In this document: positions 1 through 9,815 of the stretch, in pieces
Numbering within the stretch: the first letter of the stretch is position 1
How the letters are laid out: each line of letters begins with the position of its first letter
Origin: Candidatus Poribacteria bacterium
Lineage (GTDB): Bacteria; Poribacteria; WGA-4E; UBA9662
Direction of reading: 5' to 3'
Length of the DNA: 64,000 nt
Assembly: GCA_046582655.1 (NCBI GenBank)
Contig: JAYGDX010000171.1
Location: 1 to 64,000 of the forward strand
The notes under the pieces: generated by a model
The model's database searches: none
What the model saw: only the letters and a program-made list of their open reading frames with translations
What the model was told of the DNA's origin: nothing
Program-made: the position numbers and the translations under genes

Positions 1-72
1 TTGTCTGTACCCTTCTGCCTTCAACGCCTCAATCTGGTATCTTTCCCTATCAGTCAGCTGCTGATGTGCCAT
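1..72 (-). CDS. IS30-family transposase, N-terminal 24 aa (runs off window)
   Basis: Manual translation MAHQQLTDRERYQIEALKAEGYRQ matches the typical IS30 HTH start (QLTxxERYQIxAL..G). GAGG RBS lies just upstream. Not in the ORF track. Confidence 0.8.
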   Translation of the reverse strand, partial: MAHQQLTDRERYQIEALKAEGYRQ

Positions 73-225
73 GTATCCTCTCCCAATGTCGTCGTTCATA
101 GAGATGCTGCATATCGGCAGCTGGCTCTATTGTCTCCTTCATTGGAGGAATAATCCAGAGTCCTGGACATACTGAGCTCTGGCTATGCCGTGCTTAGGCA
201 TTTGCCTTTATTATGTGAATCTACG
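1..225 (-). mobile_element. IS30-family insertion sequence, left end (rest lies outside the window)
   Basis: Minus strand 225->200 reads CGTAGATTCACATAATAAAGGCAAAT, resembling the IS30-type terminal IR (TGTAGATTCA...GCAA). It is followed by a transposase-like N-terminus starting at 72. Confidence 0.8.
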
Positions 226-326
226 AAAGTATAAGTAAAATATCAATCCCAGTTCGGCCTAGGAATCGAATCAATTCAGCCAATTTATAAGGGAATTGTG
301 TGCTTTTTCTATTTATCTAAAACCTC

Positions 327-355
327 TTGCACCATCACTAGGTGTGGGCTATAAT
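327..355 (+). promoter_or_regulatory. sigma70-type promoter for the pdxS operon
   Basis: TTGCAC-17 nt-TATAAT, 38 nt upstream of the pdxS ATG. Confidence 0.7.
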
Positions 356-393
356 ACTTTGAAACTAGTATTGGGGTTAAGAGGGAAATAGCT

Positions 394-1281
394 ATGTTAC
401 ATAATGGTAGCGAATTTCGAAAAAAAGTTGCACTTGCTGAAATGCTCAAAGGGGGCGTTATTATGGACGTCACTAATGCGGATCAGGCAAGAATTGCTGA
501 AGATGCTGGAGCTGTTTCTGTTATGGCATTAGAACGGATACCGGCTGATATTCGGCGTGATGGTGGTGTCGCACGGATGAGTGATCCATTATTAATTAAG
601 GAAATTCAAAATGCTGTCAGCATACCGGTGATGGCCAAATGTCGAATTGGTCACTTTGCAGAAGCTCAGATATTGGAGGCAATTGGTATTGACTTCATCG
701 ATGAGAGCGAAGTTTTAACCCCTGCTGATGAAAAGTATCATATTGATAAAACCAAGTTTAGCGTACCATTCGTCTGCGGTTGTTTAGATCTTGGTGAAGC
801 GCTGCGGCGAGTTGCTGAGGGGGCAGCTTTAATCCGAACGAAAGGGGAAGCGGGTACTGGAAATATTATTGAAGCTGTTCGGCATATGAGATCTGTTCAA
901 AGCGAAATTAAGCGAGTTCAAATACTTGGTGATGAAGAACTTTCTGGTTTAGCCAAGAATCTGGGTGCGCCCGTTAGTCTTGTTCGTGAAATAAAGGAAA
1001 GTGGCAAGCTACCTGTTCCAAATTTTGCCGCTGGTGGTGTGGCAACTCCTGCTGATGCTTCCTTGATGATGCAACTTGGTGCTGAAACCCTTTTTGTCGG
1101 TAGTGGCATTTTTAAGTCTGATAATCCAGTCAAACGGGCAAAAGCTATCGTTCACACGGTGACACACTACATAGACTTTGATGAAGTTGCTAAGGCATCA
1201 GAAGGACTCGGCGAACCAATGAGGGGTATTGAGATTGAAACAATACCAGATGAGCACCGTTTACAAGATCGTGGTTGGTAA
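394..1281 (+). CDS. pdxS: Pyridoxal 5'-phosphate synthase lyase subunit
   Basis: [32 protein letters not shown] and [12 protein letters not shown] motifs. Confidence 0.97.
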   Translation: MLHNGSEFRKKVALAEMLKGGVIMDVTNADQARIAEDAGAVSVMALERIPADIRRDGGVARMSDPLLIKEIQNAVSIPVMAKCRIGHFAEAQILEAIGIDFIDESEVLTPADEKYHIDKTKFSVPFVCGCLDLGEALRRVAEGAALIRTKGEAGTGNIIEAVRHMRSVQSEIKRVQILGDEELSGLAKNLGAPVSLVREIKESGKLPVPNFAAGGVATPADASLMMQLGAETLFVGSGIFKSDNPVKRAKAIVHTVTHYIDFDEVAKASEGLGEPMRGIEIETIPDEHRLQDRGW

Positions 1282-1299
1282 AAAACATACATAGTGGCG

Positions 1300-1875
1300 A
1301 TGAAAATTGGAATTTTAGCGCTGCAGGGGGGGTTTGAACTCCACGCTCAAATGTTGGCTATACTGGGTGTGGATACTGTTTATGTCCGTAAACCTGATCA
1401 GTTGGTCTCTTGTCATGGATTGATTATTCCTGGTGGGGAATCAACCACGCTAATGAAGCTAATGCGGGAGGGAGGGTTGTTTGAAGCCATTAGTGATTTT
1501 GCCGCAGATAAGCCGGTTTTTGGTACCTGTGCTGGGTTAATTATGCTTGCTATGGATTCGATCAATGACAATTTGGTGACACTTAATTTGATTGATCTAT
1601 CTGTGGAAAGAAATGCATACGGGCGTCAAATCGATTCGTTTATCGATTCAGTTGAAATTCGGATCAATGGGGCAATTGATTCTTTTGAAGGTGTATTTAT
1701 ACGAGCACCGAAGATTGTAGCTGTTGGTGAAGGGATAGATATCCTCGGCACGCATAGTGATGATGTGGTACTGGCTGAGAATGATCAGGTTTTTGTTGCT
1801 ACATTCCATCCGGAACTAACGAATGACGTTAGAATCCACCAATATTTTGTCGGTAAAATCCGAAAGAGCAGGTAA
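1300..1875 (+). CDS. pdxT: PLP synthase glutaminase subunit
   Basis: GILALQG, PGGESTT, GTCAG, RNAYGRQ, FHPEL. ATG at 1300 (GTG at 1294 is an alternative). Adjacent to pdxS. Confidence 0.96.
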   Translation: MKIGILALQGGFELHAQMLAILGVDTVYVRKPDQLVSCHGLIIPGGESTTLMKLMREGGLFEAISDFAADKPVFGTCAGLIMLAMDSINDNLVTLNLIDLSVERNAYGRQIDSFIDSVEIRINGAIDSFEGVFIRAPKIVAVGEGIDILGTHSDDVVLAENDQVFVATFHPELTNDVRIHQYFVGKIRKSR

Positions 1876-1884
1876 TCTTTATTA

Positions 1885-3015
1885 ATGGGACTACGATTTA
1901 GCGATAATAAGTTGGAATCAATTTATGATAAGGTCTTATCAGAGGAACGATTGTCATTTGATGATGGGAAGATCCTATATGACAGTCCTGATTTAATTGG
2001 GGTAGGATATCTTGCAAACATTGTCCGGGAAAGAAAGAATGGAAACGTAGCATATTTCAATATAAATCAGCATATAGACTACTCAAATGTCTGTATTTTG
2101 CACGCGTGCTGCCACTTCTGTGCTTTTGCCAGAAAGGATATTGAGACCGAAGGTGCTTGGGAACTAAGTGTAGATGAATTCTTGGAAAAAGCAAGGTACT
2201 CGATCGAACACGGATGTACTGAAATCCATAGTGTCGGCGGACATCATCCGAAACTCCCTTTTGATTACTATCTGAGTTTGCTACGTGTTCTGAAAGAGCA
2301 GATGCCCCAGGTTCACCTGAAATTTTTCACTGCATCTGAAATACATCATCTTGCCCGTCTATCAGAGTTGCCGATTAAGGATACGCTTAAGGCCCTGCGT
2401 GAGGCGGGACTTGATTCGATGCCGGGTGGTGGAGCCGAAATTTTTGCGGCCGAAACCCGTGATAAAATCTGTCGTGGAAAGATCTCAGCTGAAGAATGGC
2501 TTGATATTCATTGTCAGGCGCACGAACTAGGTATTCCGTCAAATGCGACCATGCTCTACGGTCACATTGAAACAACTGAAGATCGTGTGGATCATCTTAT
2601 CCAACTTCGTGAAATGCAAGATAACTCTGGAGGATTTATAACTTTTATACCGCTAGCTTTTCACCCGGAGAATACACGTCTTGGGCATTTACCCAGTACC
2701 TCGGGGATAACGGATCTTCGGAATATTGCTGTGTCTCGTCTGATGCTTGATAATTTTCCGCATATCCGTGCTTATTGGATTATGGTTGGGTTGAAAATGG
2801 CACAAATGGGTCTTAATTTTGGGGCTGACGACGTTCACGGAACAGTAACGGAAGAGAAGATAACACATATGGCTGGAGCCACAACTCCACAGGTGATTAC
2901 GTCTGATGAGATCAAACGTCTGATCTACGAAGCTGGACGGGTACCTGTTGAACGGGATACGCTCTACAACGAGATTATTCGCAAAGGAAATAAATGGTAC
3001 AGGAAGGCTGCATAA
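1885..3015 (+). CDS. mqnE: Aminofutalosine synthase (radical SAM, CofH/MqnE family)
   Basis: SMPGGGAEIF, NATMLYGHIE, FIPLAFHPENT, RLMLDNFPHIRAYW, EEKITHMAGA. Next to mqnA. Cys motif is atypical (CILHACCHFC). Confidence 0.85.
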   Translation: MGLRFSDNKLESIYDKVLSEERLSFDDGKILYDSPDLIGVGYLANIVRERKNGNVAYFNINQHIDYSNVCILHACCHFCAFARKDIETEGAWELSVDEFLEKARYSIEHGCTEIHSVGGHHPKLPFDYYLSLLRVLKEQMPQVHLKFFTASEIHHLARLSELPIKDTLKALREAGLDSMPGGGAEIFAAETRDKICRGKISAEEWLDIHCQAHELGIPSNATMLYGHIETTEDRVDHLIQLREMQDNSGGFITFIPLAFHPENTRLGHLPSTSGITDLRNIAVSRLMLDNFPHIRAYWIMVGLKMAQMGLNFGADDVHGTVTEEKITHMAGATTPQVITSDEIKRLIYEAGRVPVERDTLYNEIIRKGNKWYRKAA

Positions 3016-3800
3016 AAGTTGGGGCAGTTTCGTTCCTAAATACAAAACCACTTATTCAGCCAATATTAGATAATCCGGTTTTCAACATTGATCTGGTACT
3101 TGATGTTCCGAGCAAGCTCGCTGATGAACTGAAAGCAGGGAAACTTGATGTTGCATTGATTCCAATTATCGAATATTTTCGGTGTTCTGATTACTTGATT
3201 CTCCCTGAAATTTCAATTTCTTCCCGAGGTGCGGTCAAAAGTATTCGACTCTTTAGCCGTAAACCGATTACTGAATGCCAGACGATTGCACTTGACACAA
3301 GTTCTCGCACCTCGCGGGTGCTCACGCAAGTTGTTCTGGCAGAAAAGTATAATGTATATCCAAGTTTTGTTGATTGTCCACCAACCATCAATCCCAAGTC
3401 TGCTGGAGCTGATGCTGTGTTGCTAATTGGCGATTCCGCTTTGCGAAATATTGGCTCAACTCAGTTTGAGATTGATCTTGGTGCCGTGTGGCATGATTTG
3501 TTGGGCTTGCCCTTCGTTTATGCCTGTTGGGTAACCCATTATAATACCGATCTCGGTGATTTGCCCCAACTGCTGAAGAAAGTAAAACATCTCGGTATTG
3601 ATCAAGTTCAATACATTGCGCGGATCGAATCTAAAAAACTCGGCCTTCCAAGATCCCTTTGTGAAGATTATTTGACCAATCATATTTACTATGATCTTGG
3701 ACATAAAGAAATTGAGGGAATGACTGCATTTTACGATCTAGCCATTAAACATAACCATGTGCCTGCTGGTAACCAAATCAGATTTACTTTTATGACATGA
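2994..3800 (+). CDS. mqnA: Chorismate dehydratase (futalosine pathway)
   Basis: VSFLNTKPL, GAVKSIRLFS, SSRTSR, LLIGDSAL, DLG..W...GLPFVYACW. Confidence 0.9.
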   Translation: MVQEGCIKVGAVSFLNTKPLIQPILDNPVFNIDLVLDVPSKLADELKAGKLDVALIPIIEYFRCSDYLILPEISISSRGAVKSIRLFSRKPITECQTIALDTSSRTSRVLTQVVLAEKYNVYPSFVDCPPTINPKSAGADAVLLIGDSALRNIGSTQFEIDLGAVWHDLLGLPFVYACWVTHYNTDLGDLPQLLKKVKHLGIDQVQYIARIESKKLGLPRSLCEDYLTNHIYYDLGHKEIEGMTAFYDLAIKHNHVPAGNQIRFTFMT

Positions 3801-5050
3801 TTGACCTTTTCTCTGACTATGAGAATCGGAAGCACGATTTATTAGACCAACTCATTCCGTTACTACGCCCAATTTATACATTAAAAGAATTGGAAGCCTT
3901 ACGGATCGAACTTATTCCTCGGGATATTTTGTCGATACATTCCGGTTATGGTTTTGTCAATCGAGAGATATTAGAAACTGTCTTGGGAAATTTGCTGGAA
4001 TGCGTCGCACCTGGTTCGCATAATGCGTCACCTTATCAACTGCTGGGTTTGGTCAACTCCATGAGTGAGGTTGCAGACCAGCTTTATGTAATTATTTCGC
4101 AGTCGTTCCTTGCCGTTAAAGATTCACACCAACTATCAGAAAGTGACATCGCCGATTTAGCTGTTGAGATTACGTTCGACATTCTATCAGCTTTACCACG
4201 ATTAAAAAATCGGGCTTTCTGGAACCGTTTTTCTTCTCTGAAAGATCCCGCTGTCTGGGATGCATACTTACTCAATCTGTGCAAAGATAATACAAAGATA
4301 ATGGAGATTGATCTGACAACTCAGATTAATGCTGCAATCGTAGAAAGGAACTATCATCTCTATCAGGATTTCTTGAAAGCTCATAAACTTGCCTTTGCCT
4401 TAGATTATCAAATGCAATTGGTTGTCAGCACTTATCCCGGTTGGCGTGTTCTTTTTTATCATGATGTAGCACATCAGTTAGTAGAGAGAGGAAGTGGCTC
4501 TATACCTGTACCGCTGTTGCCAAGAGCCATATCTGAACTTGCTGGTCGGTACTATCAAGCTGACCTTCATCCGGAAACAAGAATTGGGGATGCGAATTTT
4601 TTTGATCACACTCACCGCGGTATTACTACAGGTCAAACGGGAGTTATCGGTTCGGGTTGTGTTATCTATCCTTGCACACTCGGAGGACTATCTGAAAAAG
4701 TCCACCGCCGCCATCCGTCTATTGGGGATTATGCGCAGATCAGCACTGATGTTGGGATATTTGGACCAGTAATAGTTGGTAACTATTCGGTAATTGGGGC
4801 CAACGCGGAATTATATGGTTTCGTTGAAACAGGCCAATACTGTCGGATCGGTTCTTCTGTGGTTATTGGAACGGTGCGTGTTGCGGAAACTGTTCCTGGC
4901 CGAATAATTCTAGGTGACCACGTGCGTATTGCTGATGGTACGATAATTGAAAACAATCTACCGATAGATCTTATCATTGATGATCGTGTTCATATTCCAG
5001 CTCGGAGTTATGTTATCAACGACGGGAAAGGCAACCCTAAAATGGCGTAA
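3797..5050 (+). CDS. Divergent serine O-acetyltransferase-like left-handed beta-helix protein with long N-terminal helical region
   Basis: DLHPETRIG..FFDH...G.TGVIG..C.IY..TLGG....RRHPSIGD aligns by eye with the CysE core. Extra hexapeptide repeats. ATGA overlap with mqnA. Confidence 0.6.
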   Translation: MIDLFSDYENRKHDLLDQLIPLLRPIYTLKELEALRIELIPRDILSIHSGYGFVNREILETVLGNLLECVAPGSHNASPYQLLGLVNSMSEVADQLYVIISQSFLAVKDSHQLSESDIADLAVEITFDILSALPRLKNRAFWNRFSSLKDPAVWDAYLLNLCKDNTKIMEIDLTTQINAAIVERNYHLYQDFLKAHKLAFALDYQMQLVVSTYPGWRVLFYHDVAHQLVERGSGSIPVPLLPRAISELAGRYYQADLHPETRIGDANFFDHTHRGITTGQTGVIGSGCVIYPCTLGGLSEKVHRRHPSIGDYAQISTDVGIFGPVIVGNYSVIGANAELYGFVETGQYCRIGSSVVIGTVRVAETVPGRIILGDHVRIADGTIIENNLPIDLIIDDRVHIPARSYVINDGKGNPKMA

Positions 5051-5063
5051 TGGCTGAGCGTTT

Positions 5064-6272
5064 TTAAACAGCGTGAATACGGGGACTCCGGCAAAGATCG
5101 CAGACCAGTTGTTCAAGGATGTACTCAGCAGGCACTGAATTGCTTTTTAGTTGGATATCAGCTTCAAGTGTTTTTTCAAGAAATCCTATTAATTCTTCCT
5201 CTTCGAATCTTATAATCTTCTGAATAATTTTGTAGACTACGTAAGGGTTCTGCTTAAGTAAATTAATTGTTGCTGCTTTCGGTAGGTCACCGGACATTTT
5301 TTTTGATAAAGGTTGAAAAATTCGGTTAATAAAGTCTTGATAACTCATGCGCCTCGCGTCCAAATTGAGAGTATTTCTCCGCTGGATAAGCTTTGCTTGA
5401 ATCATTAACCGGATTTGCCTGGTAATCAGAGCATTAATCTTAACTGGTGCCTCACCATTTGCTAGAATATGGTGAAGGCTTGATAATCCCTGCTTTACAT
5501 TCCGGCTGCCAATTGAATCTGTTAAATCGAAAATTGTATCTGAACTCGTCGTCGATACTAAATTTCGAATATCCTGTTCATCAATCTGAGTTTTATCACC
5601 AACGAACGAGACTGCTTTGTTAATCTCTTCAAAAAATCGGTGGGTGTCATTGTTAACTCTGGTTCGCAGCAACTTAAAAGCGCCTGGTGTTATTTGTTTA
5701 TCAAACTGTACCAACTGTTTTGACGTGCTTTGGTAAAGAGGATCCTGCTGGATTGAGCTTGATTCTTTAAGCTTTTCAAAGTTAATGTATCCATCAATAC
5801 GATCAATAGCCTTTACAATAGGTTCTCGTGTGTTCACTGATCCTTTGACAGTAAAGATGAGGGTACTATTCTGAGGAGGGTTTCCGGTAAGCCAATCCAA
5901 AAAAAGCTCTGTGGGATCGTTGCTATCAAGATCTTCTACTTCATCCAAAAAATCACTTTCTAAGTTCGCTGATTGTGTCTTGGGTGAACCTTGAAACAAA
6001 ACCGATTCGCTAACAACAACTACGCGCCAATCCGCCATTATCGGATAAACTTCTACGGCACTCAGGATATCTTGAATTGTTGCTGTTATTCCGTCTAGAA
6101 GACTGAGATTAAAGTCGCGTGTTTCCGGTTGAAGAAGGGTATCAAGTATCGATTTCAAGGCTCTTTCGATTAAAAAATATTCCTCGCCGCAGAGAAGATA
6201 GACAGGCGAAATTTTTCCAGATTTCACCTCTTTAATCAAACTCGATATGGTTGGTTGCTGTTTATTTTTCAT
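5064..6272 (-). CDS. holA: DNA polymerase III delta subunit
   Basis: PVYLLCGEEYFLI, DFNL, IFDLTDSIG, EADIQLKS, LEQLV. Confidence 0.85.
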   Translation of the reverse strand: MKNKQQPTISSLIKEVKSGKISPVYLLCGEEYFLIERALKSILDTLLQPETRDFNLSLLDGITATIQDILSAVEVYPIMADWRVVVVSESVLFQGSPKTQSANLESDFLDEVEDLDSNDPTELFLDWLTGNPPQNSTLIFTVKGSVNTREPIVKAIDRIDGYINFEKLKESSSIQQDPLYQSTSKQLVQFDKQITPGAFKLLRTRVNNDTHRFFEEINKAVSFVGDKTQIDEQDIRNLVSTTSSDTIFDLTDSIGSRNVKQGLSSLHHILANGEAPVKINALITRQIRLMIQAKLIQRRNTLNLDARRMSYQDFINRIFQPLSKKMSGDLPKAATINLLKQNPYVVYKIIQKIIRFEEEELIGFLEKTLEADIQLKSNSVPAEYILEQLVCDLCRSPRIHAV

Positions 6273-6537
6273 TTTAAAGATTATTAATCTGAGCGGTCTT
6301 TCCGACGTTCAGTTGATGGGAATCCCCGCGAGAATGGGAGGAATGACTACAGCGTTTGTCATTGGGAGTCATTCCAATTGATGCTAACTGCTTTCATTTG
6401 CGCGCCTTGTTCAATCGCTAATTGAAAATTATTACATAAATTGTTAACAATCAGATGATCAAGGTATTCAAATAATAGGTTGCTGTTCTTAATATAGTAC
6501 ATTCCTGCAATAGCAAGACAGGAATAGTGAATTTCAT

Positions 6538-7560
6538 TTAATGGTTTTCCAAGTTGAGTTCGAGTAGCTTCTCGATTATGTCAAGGCTGGTGATTTCATC
6601 CGCTTCAGCGTTGAAGTTGGTTAGGATTCGATGTCGCAGAACAGGTTTGGCAATCGACTTTACATCATCATATGTTACGTGATAGCGACCGTGCATAATT
6701 GCACGGGCCTTCGCTCCCAGAATCATGTATTGTGATGCGCGTGGACCAGCTCCCCAGTTGACCCAGTTTTTAATAAAGTCAGGAGCATCTGGATTATTGG
6801 GTCGAGAGAGTCTTGCTAGAGCAACAGCAAAATCTACAACAGATTCAGCAACGGGAACCTTGCGAACTATCTGTTGGATGCGGATAATTTCATCGCTGTC
6901 AGTTACAGAGTTCAACGTTGGTTCATAGGCAGATGTTGTATGCATCACAATCTGTTTTTCATCGGCTTGATTAGGATAATCAATATAGATATTGAACATG
7001 AATCGATCCAATTGCGCCTCCGGCAACGGGTACGTTCCTTCCTGTTCTATTGGGTTTTGCGTTGCCAGCACAAAGAATGGTTTTTTCAGAGGATACGTAT
7101 TACCTCCTGCAGTTACTTGGTATTCCTGCATGGATTGCAGGAGTGCAGCTTGTGTCTTGGGTGGTGTTCGGTTAATTTCGTCAGCAAGCAAAATATTGGC
7201 GAATATAGGACCTTGTATGAAACGAAAAGATCTACCGCCGGTTCCTGAATCATCTTGAAGAATGTCTGTGCCTGTAATATCAGACGGCATCAAATCTGGT
7301 GTGAATTGGATTCTATTAAAGGTAAGGTTGAGGATTTCCGAAAGTGTGCTGATGAGAAGTGTTTTGGCAAGTCCTGGAACACCAACAATTAAGCAGTGAC
7401 CTTGTGAAAAAAGCGTTATAAGCAATTCATCGATCACTGCTGCCTGGCCGATAATCCTTTTCTTAATTTCAGTTGAGATTGATTCTTGTGTATTTTTTAA
7501 TATTTTGGCTGATTCAAGGTCTTCGTTTTGCCAATCCGGTTGGTTTTGATGATCACTCAA
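6538..7560 (-). CDS. MoxR-family AAA+ ATPase
   Basis: GVPGLAKT, RIQFTPDLMPSDITG, LADEINRTPPKTQAALL, ATQNPIEQEGTYPLPEAQLDRF. Confidence 0.95.
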   Translation of the reverse strand: MSDHQNQPDWQNEDLESAKILKNTQESISTEIKKRIIGQAAVIDELLITLFSQGHCLIVGVPGLAKTLLISTLSEILNLTFNRIQFTPDLMPSDITGTDILQDDSGTGGRSFRFIQGPIFANILLADEINRTPPKTQAALLQSMQEYQVTAGGNTYPLKKPFFVLATQNPIEQEGTYPLPEAQLDRFMFNIYIDYPNQADEKQIVMHTTSAYEPTLNSVTDSDEIIRIQQIVRKVPVAESVVDFAVALARLSRPNNPDAPDFIKNWVNWGAGPRASQYMILGAKARAIMHGRYHVTYDDVKSIAKPVLRHRILTNFNAEADEITSLDIIEKLLELNLENH

Positions 7561-7573
7561 ACTCTATTCTCCA

Positions 7574-8623
7574 TTACTCGTTCACCCGCCACGTTTTCAG
7601 GCCACTAAAATCAAAATTAAAATCGATAATTGTAACACCGTTTTCCTCAAGTACCTTGCGTACAAGGTGGTCCTGATTCGGGTTACAATAGAAAAGTATA
7701 CAACCACCACCACCTGCACCACAAGCTTTCCCACCACCTGCACCATTTTCAATTGCCATTTGAAAGAGACCATCTATGCGATCGTTAGTTACTGATGGGT
7801 GTAATGCTTTCTGGCTTTCCCAATTTTGGCTAAGAAGTTGTCCAAAGTTGGATAATCTGCCGCTCATTAAGGCATTTTTAATTTTATCCGCTGTGGACCG
7901 CAAGTTGTGCAGAGCATCAAGTGTTGATTTTTCACGGTTATGATAGGCGAAAGTGACCTTTTGGTGAATATCTCCAGAGAGTCTGGATTGACCGGTATAA
8001 CCGAGAATCAGGTTCTTTTCAAGCTCGTAGCGTATCTGGTGGGGCAAGTGAATGGGAGAAGTTTTGACTTCTTCACCACTAAATTCCATAAAATTTATAC
8101 CACCAATGGCACTGGCATAGTGATCCTGTTTACCACCGAGTATACCAAGTTCATTTCGTTCAATATCACTGGCCAATTCAGCATGTTCATAGGGTAATAA
8201 TGGAACTTTTTTCAAGGTGCTGAGGACGCCAATTAAAGCAACTCCCATTGACGCTGATGTCCCCAAACCGCTGCCTGGTGGGGCAGTTGATTGGGTTATT
8301 AAATCAAATCCCCCCGTTTCAATCGACATCTTTCGAATAGCAGCTTTAACAAGATCTATGTTTCCATCGTATTCCAGCTTCCGAATGTCTTCAGCCTCAA
8401 TAAAGGTGTCAAAATCTGTGGAATAGATACGGATGCTTTTATCCAGAACACGGTTTGGTTCGATAATCTGATTGTCGACAGGTTTATAGGAAATTGTGCC
8501 ATAAGAATAGACGTTAATTGCAGCGTTAACAACAATTCCTTTGGTTCCTTCTGTGAATAATGCAACATCTGTCCAACCGCCGGCGAAATCTATACGGACG
8601 GGTGCCCTAGATCGGATTAGCAT
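7574..8623 (-). CDS. GHMP-family sugar kinase (heptose-7-phosphate kinase HddA-like)
   Basis: APVRIDFAGGWTD, PPGSGLGTSAS, GGKQDHYA, GKACGAGGGG. Confidence 0.85.
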   Translation of the reverse strand: MLIRSRAPVRIDFAGGWTDVALFTEGTKGIVVNAAINVYSYGTISYKPVDNQIIEPNRVLDKSIRIYSTDFDTFIEAEDIRKLEYDGNIDLVKAAIRKMSIETGGFDLITQSTAPPGSGLGTSASMGVALIGVLSTLKKVPLLPYEHAELASDIERNELGILGGKQDHYASAIGGINFMEFSGEEVKTSPIHLPHQIRYELEKNLILGYTGQSRLSGDIHQKVTFAYHNREKSTLDALHNLRSTADKIKNALMSGRLSNFGQLLSQNWESQKALHPSVTNDRIDGLFQMAIENGAGGGKACGAGGGGCILFYCNPNQDHLVRKVLEENGVTIIDFNFDFSGLKTWRVNE

Positions 8624-8704
8624 CCTTTATCTCCAGTAGATTAGATTTTTTGACGATATATGAGGGGAGGGGAATATATTACAAATCACTTAAAACGGAG
8701 GGGA

Positions 8705-8727
8705 AAGGGGCAAAACACGTGCCCCTT
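8705..8727 (-). terminator. Probable intrinsic terminator after HU
   Basis: AAGGGGCA-7 nt-TGCCCCTT hairpin just downstream of the HU stop. Confidence 0.5.
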
Positions 8728-8738
8728 GCAGAATAAAC

Positions 8739-9020
8739 CTAATTAACAGCGTCTTTTAATTGTTTCCCTGCTCTAAAAGTAGGCACGCTCTTCTTTGAAA
8801 TTTTAATTTTTGCACCTGTTTGCGGATTTCGACCTTCTCGAGCTGCTCTTTCTTTGACTTCAAAGGAACCGAAACCAATTAAACCTACACTATCGCCATT
8901 TGCTAGTGCATCACTTAATGTTTGAATTACAGCATCAAGAGCTGCTGCCGAACTTTTTTTGTCCAATCCTGAACTTTCAGATACACTGTTGACAACATCT
9001 TGCTTAGTTAGTTTTGCCAT
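8739..9020 (-). CDS. hup: Histone-like DNA-binding protein HU
   Basis: [34 protein letters not shown]. Confidence 0.95.
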   Translation of the reverse strand: MAKLTKQDVVNSVSESSGLDKKSSAAALDAVIQTLSDALANGDSVGLIGFGSFEVKERAAREGRNPQTGAKIKISKKSVPTFRAGKQLKDAVN

Positions 9021-9106
9021 TTATAGACTCCTGATAAATTACTAAATTTTACGTTACGTAATGGTTAGTGAGATTTAACACTTTCCTCTATACGCAAGCG
9101 AGGCGC

Positions 9107-9135
9107 ATTATACTACAGATGAGTTTGGCTGTCAA
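9107..9135 (-). promoter_or_regulatory. Consensus sigma70 promoter for HU
   Basis: Minus strand TTGACA-17 nt-TATAAT, a perfect consensus. Confidence 0.85.
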
Positions 9136-9223
9136 GCGAAAAAATCAGCTATAATAGGGATTTCGGTTAATTTAAACTTGTTTGTGACCTCCAGTTGATG
9201 TGGTTTCGGTGAAGAATATCATC

Positions 9224-9772
9224 TTACTGGTAGAAGAAACCGTCGAAGTAGACATTCTTTACTTTTTCTGTGCCTAAAATTTCATTAATGCGATTTCGGA
9301 TTTCGTTCTTAATTGCTGACTTTACGACAGGTTTATGAACCTGATCAACACGTTGTTTTGACAGGACTGCTGTCAACATGCCTTTTATTCTGTCGGCGTA
9401 AATTCCACTGGTTACTAATTCTTTTTCGGTAGGTGGTACAGATTCTATAATTTCTGCCATAATCTTCACCAGAAAACGCTGCACGATAAGCGAATTATCA
9501 ATCTCAACGATGAAAAATTCCTCATCCTTATCCTTATCTTTCTCTGTTTTCCATAGCAAGCTAAGATCGAGAATCGTGGTAGGAGGAAATTCTAATGGAT
9601 CCTTCATTGGCAATTCCAGCATCTGCCGCTGAGTTCTATCACGGCGTTTCTCAACAGCCCATGGTACGACGACAAGATACACGAAAGGAGCAATCGCTAG
9701 CAATATTGCAATATAGGCAAGAATAGGAAGTGTTCTGATGCCTTGTTGTGCCTCGTCCCTGTTTTCGTTCAT
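9224..9772 (-). CDS. Single-pass membrane protein, FliL-like
   Basis: One N-terminal TM helix. C-terminus IKNEIRNRINEILG...VKNVYFDGFFYQ resembles the FliL C-terminal signature. Confidence 0.6.
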   Translation of the reverse strand: MNENRDEAQQGIRTLPILAYIAILLAIAPFVYLVVVPWAVEKRRDRTQRQMLELPMKDPLEFPPTTILDLSLLWKTEKDKDKDEEFFIVEIDNSLIVQRFLVKIMAEIIESVPPTEKELVTSGIYADRIKGMLTAVLSKQRVDQVHKPVVKSAIKNEIRNRINEILGTEKVKNVYFDGFFYQ

Positions 9773-9815
9773 ATCCGAGAGTGTATTTTGAAATTTGAAT
9801 ATCTAGCGATTAGAA

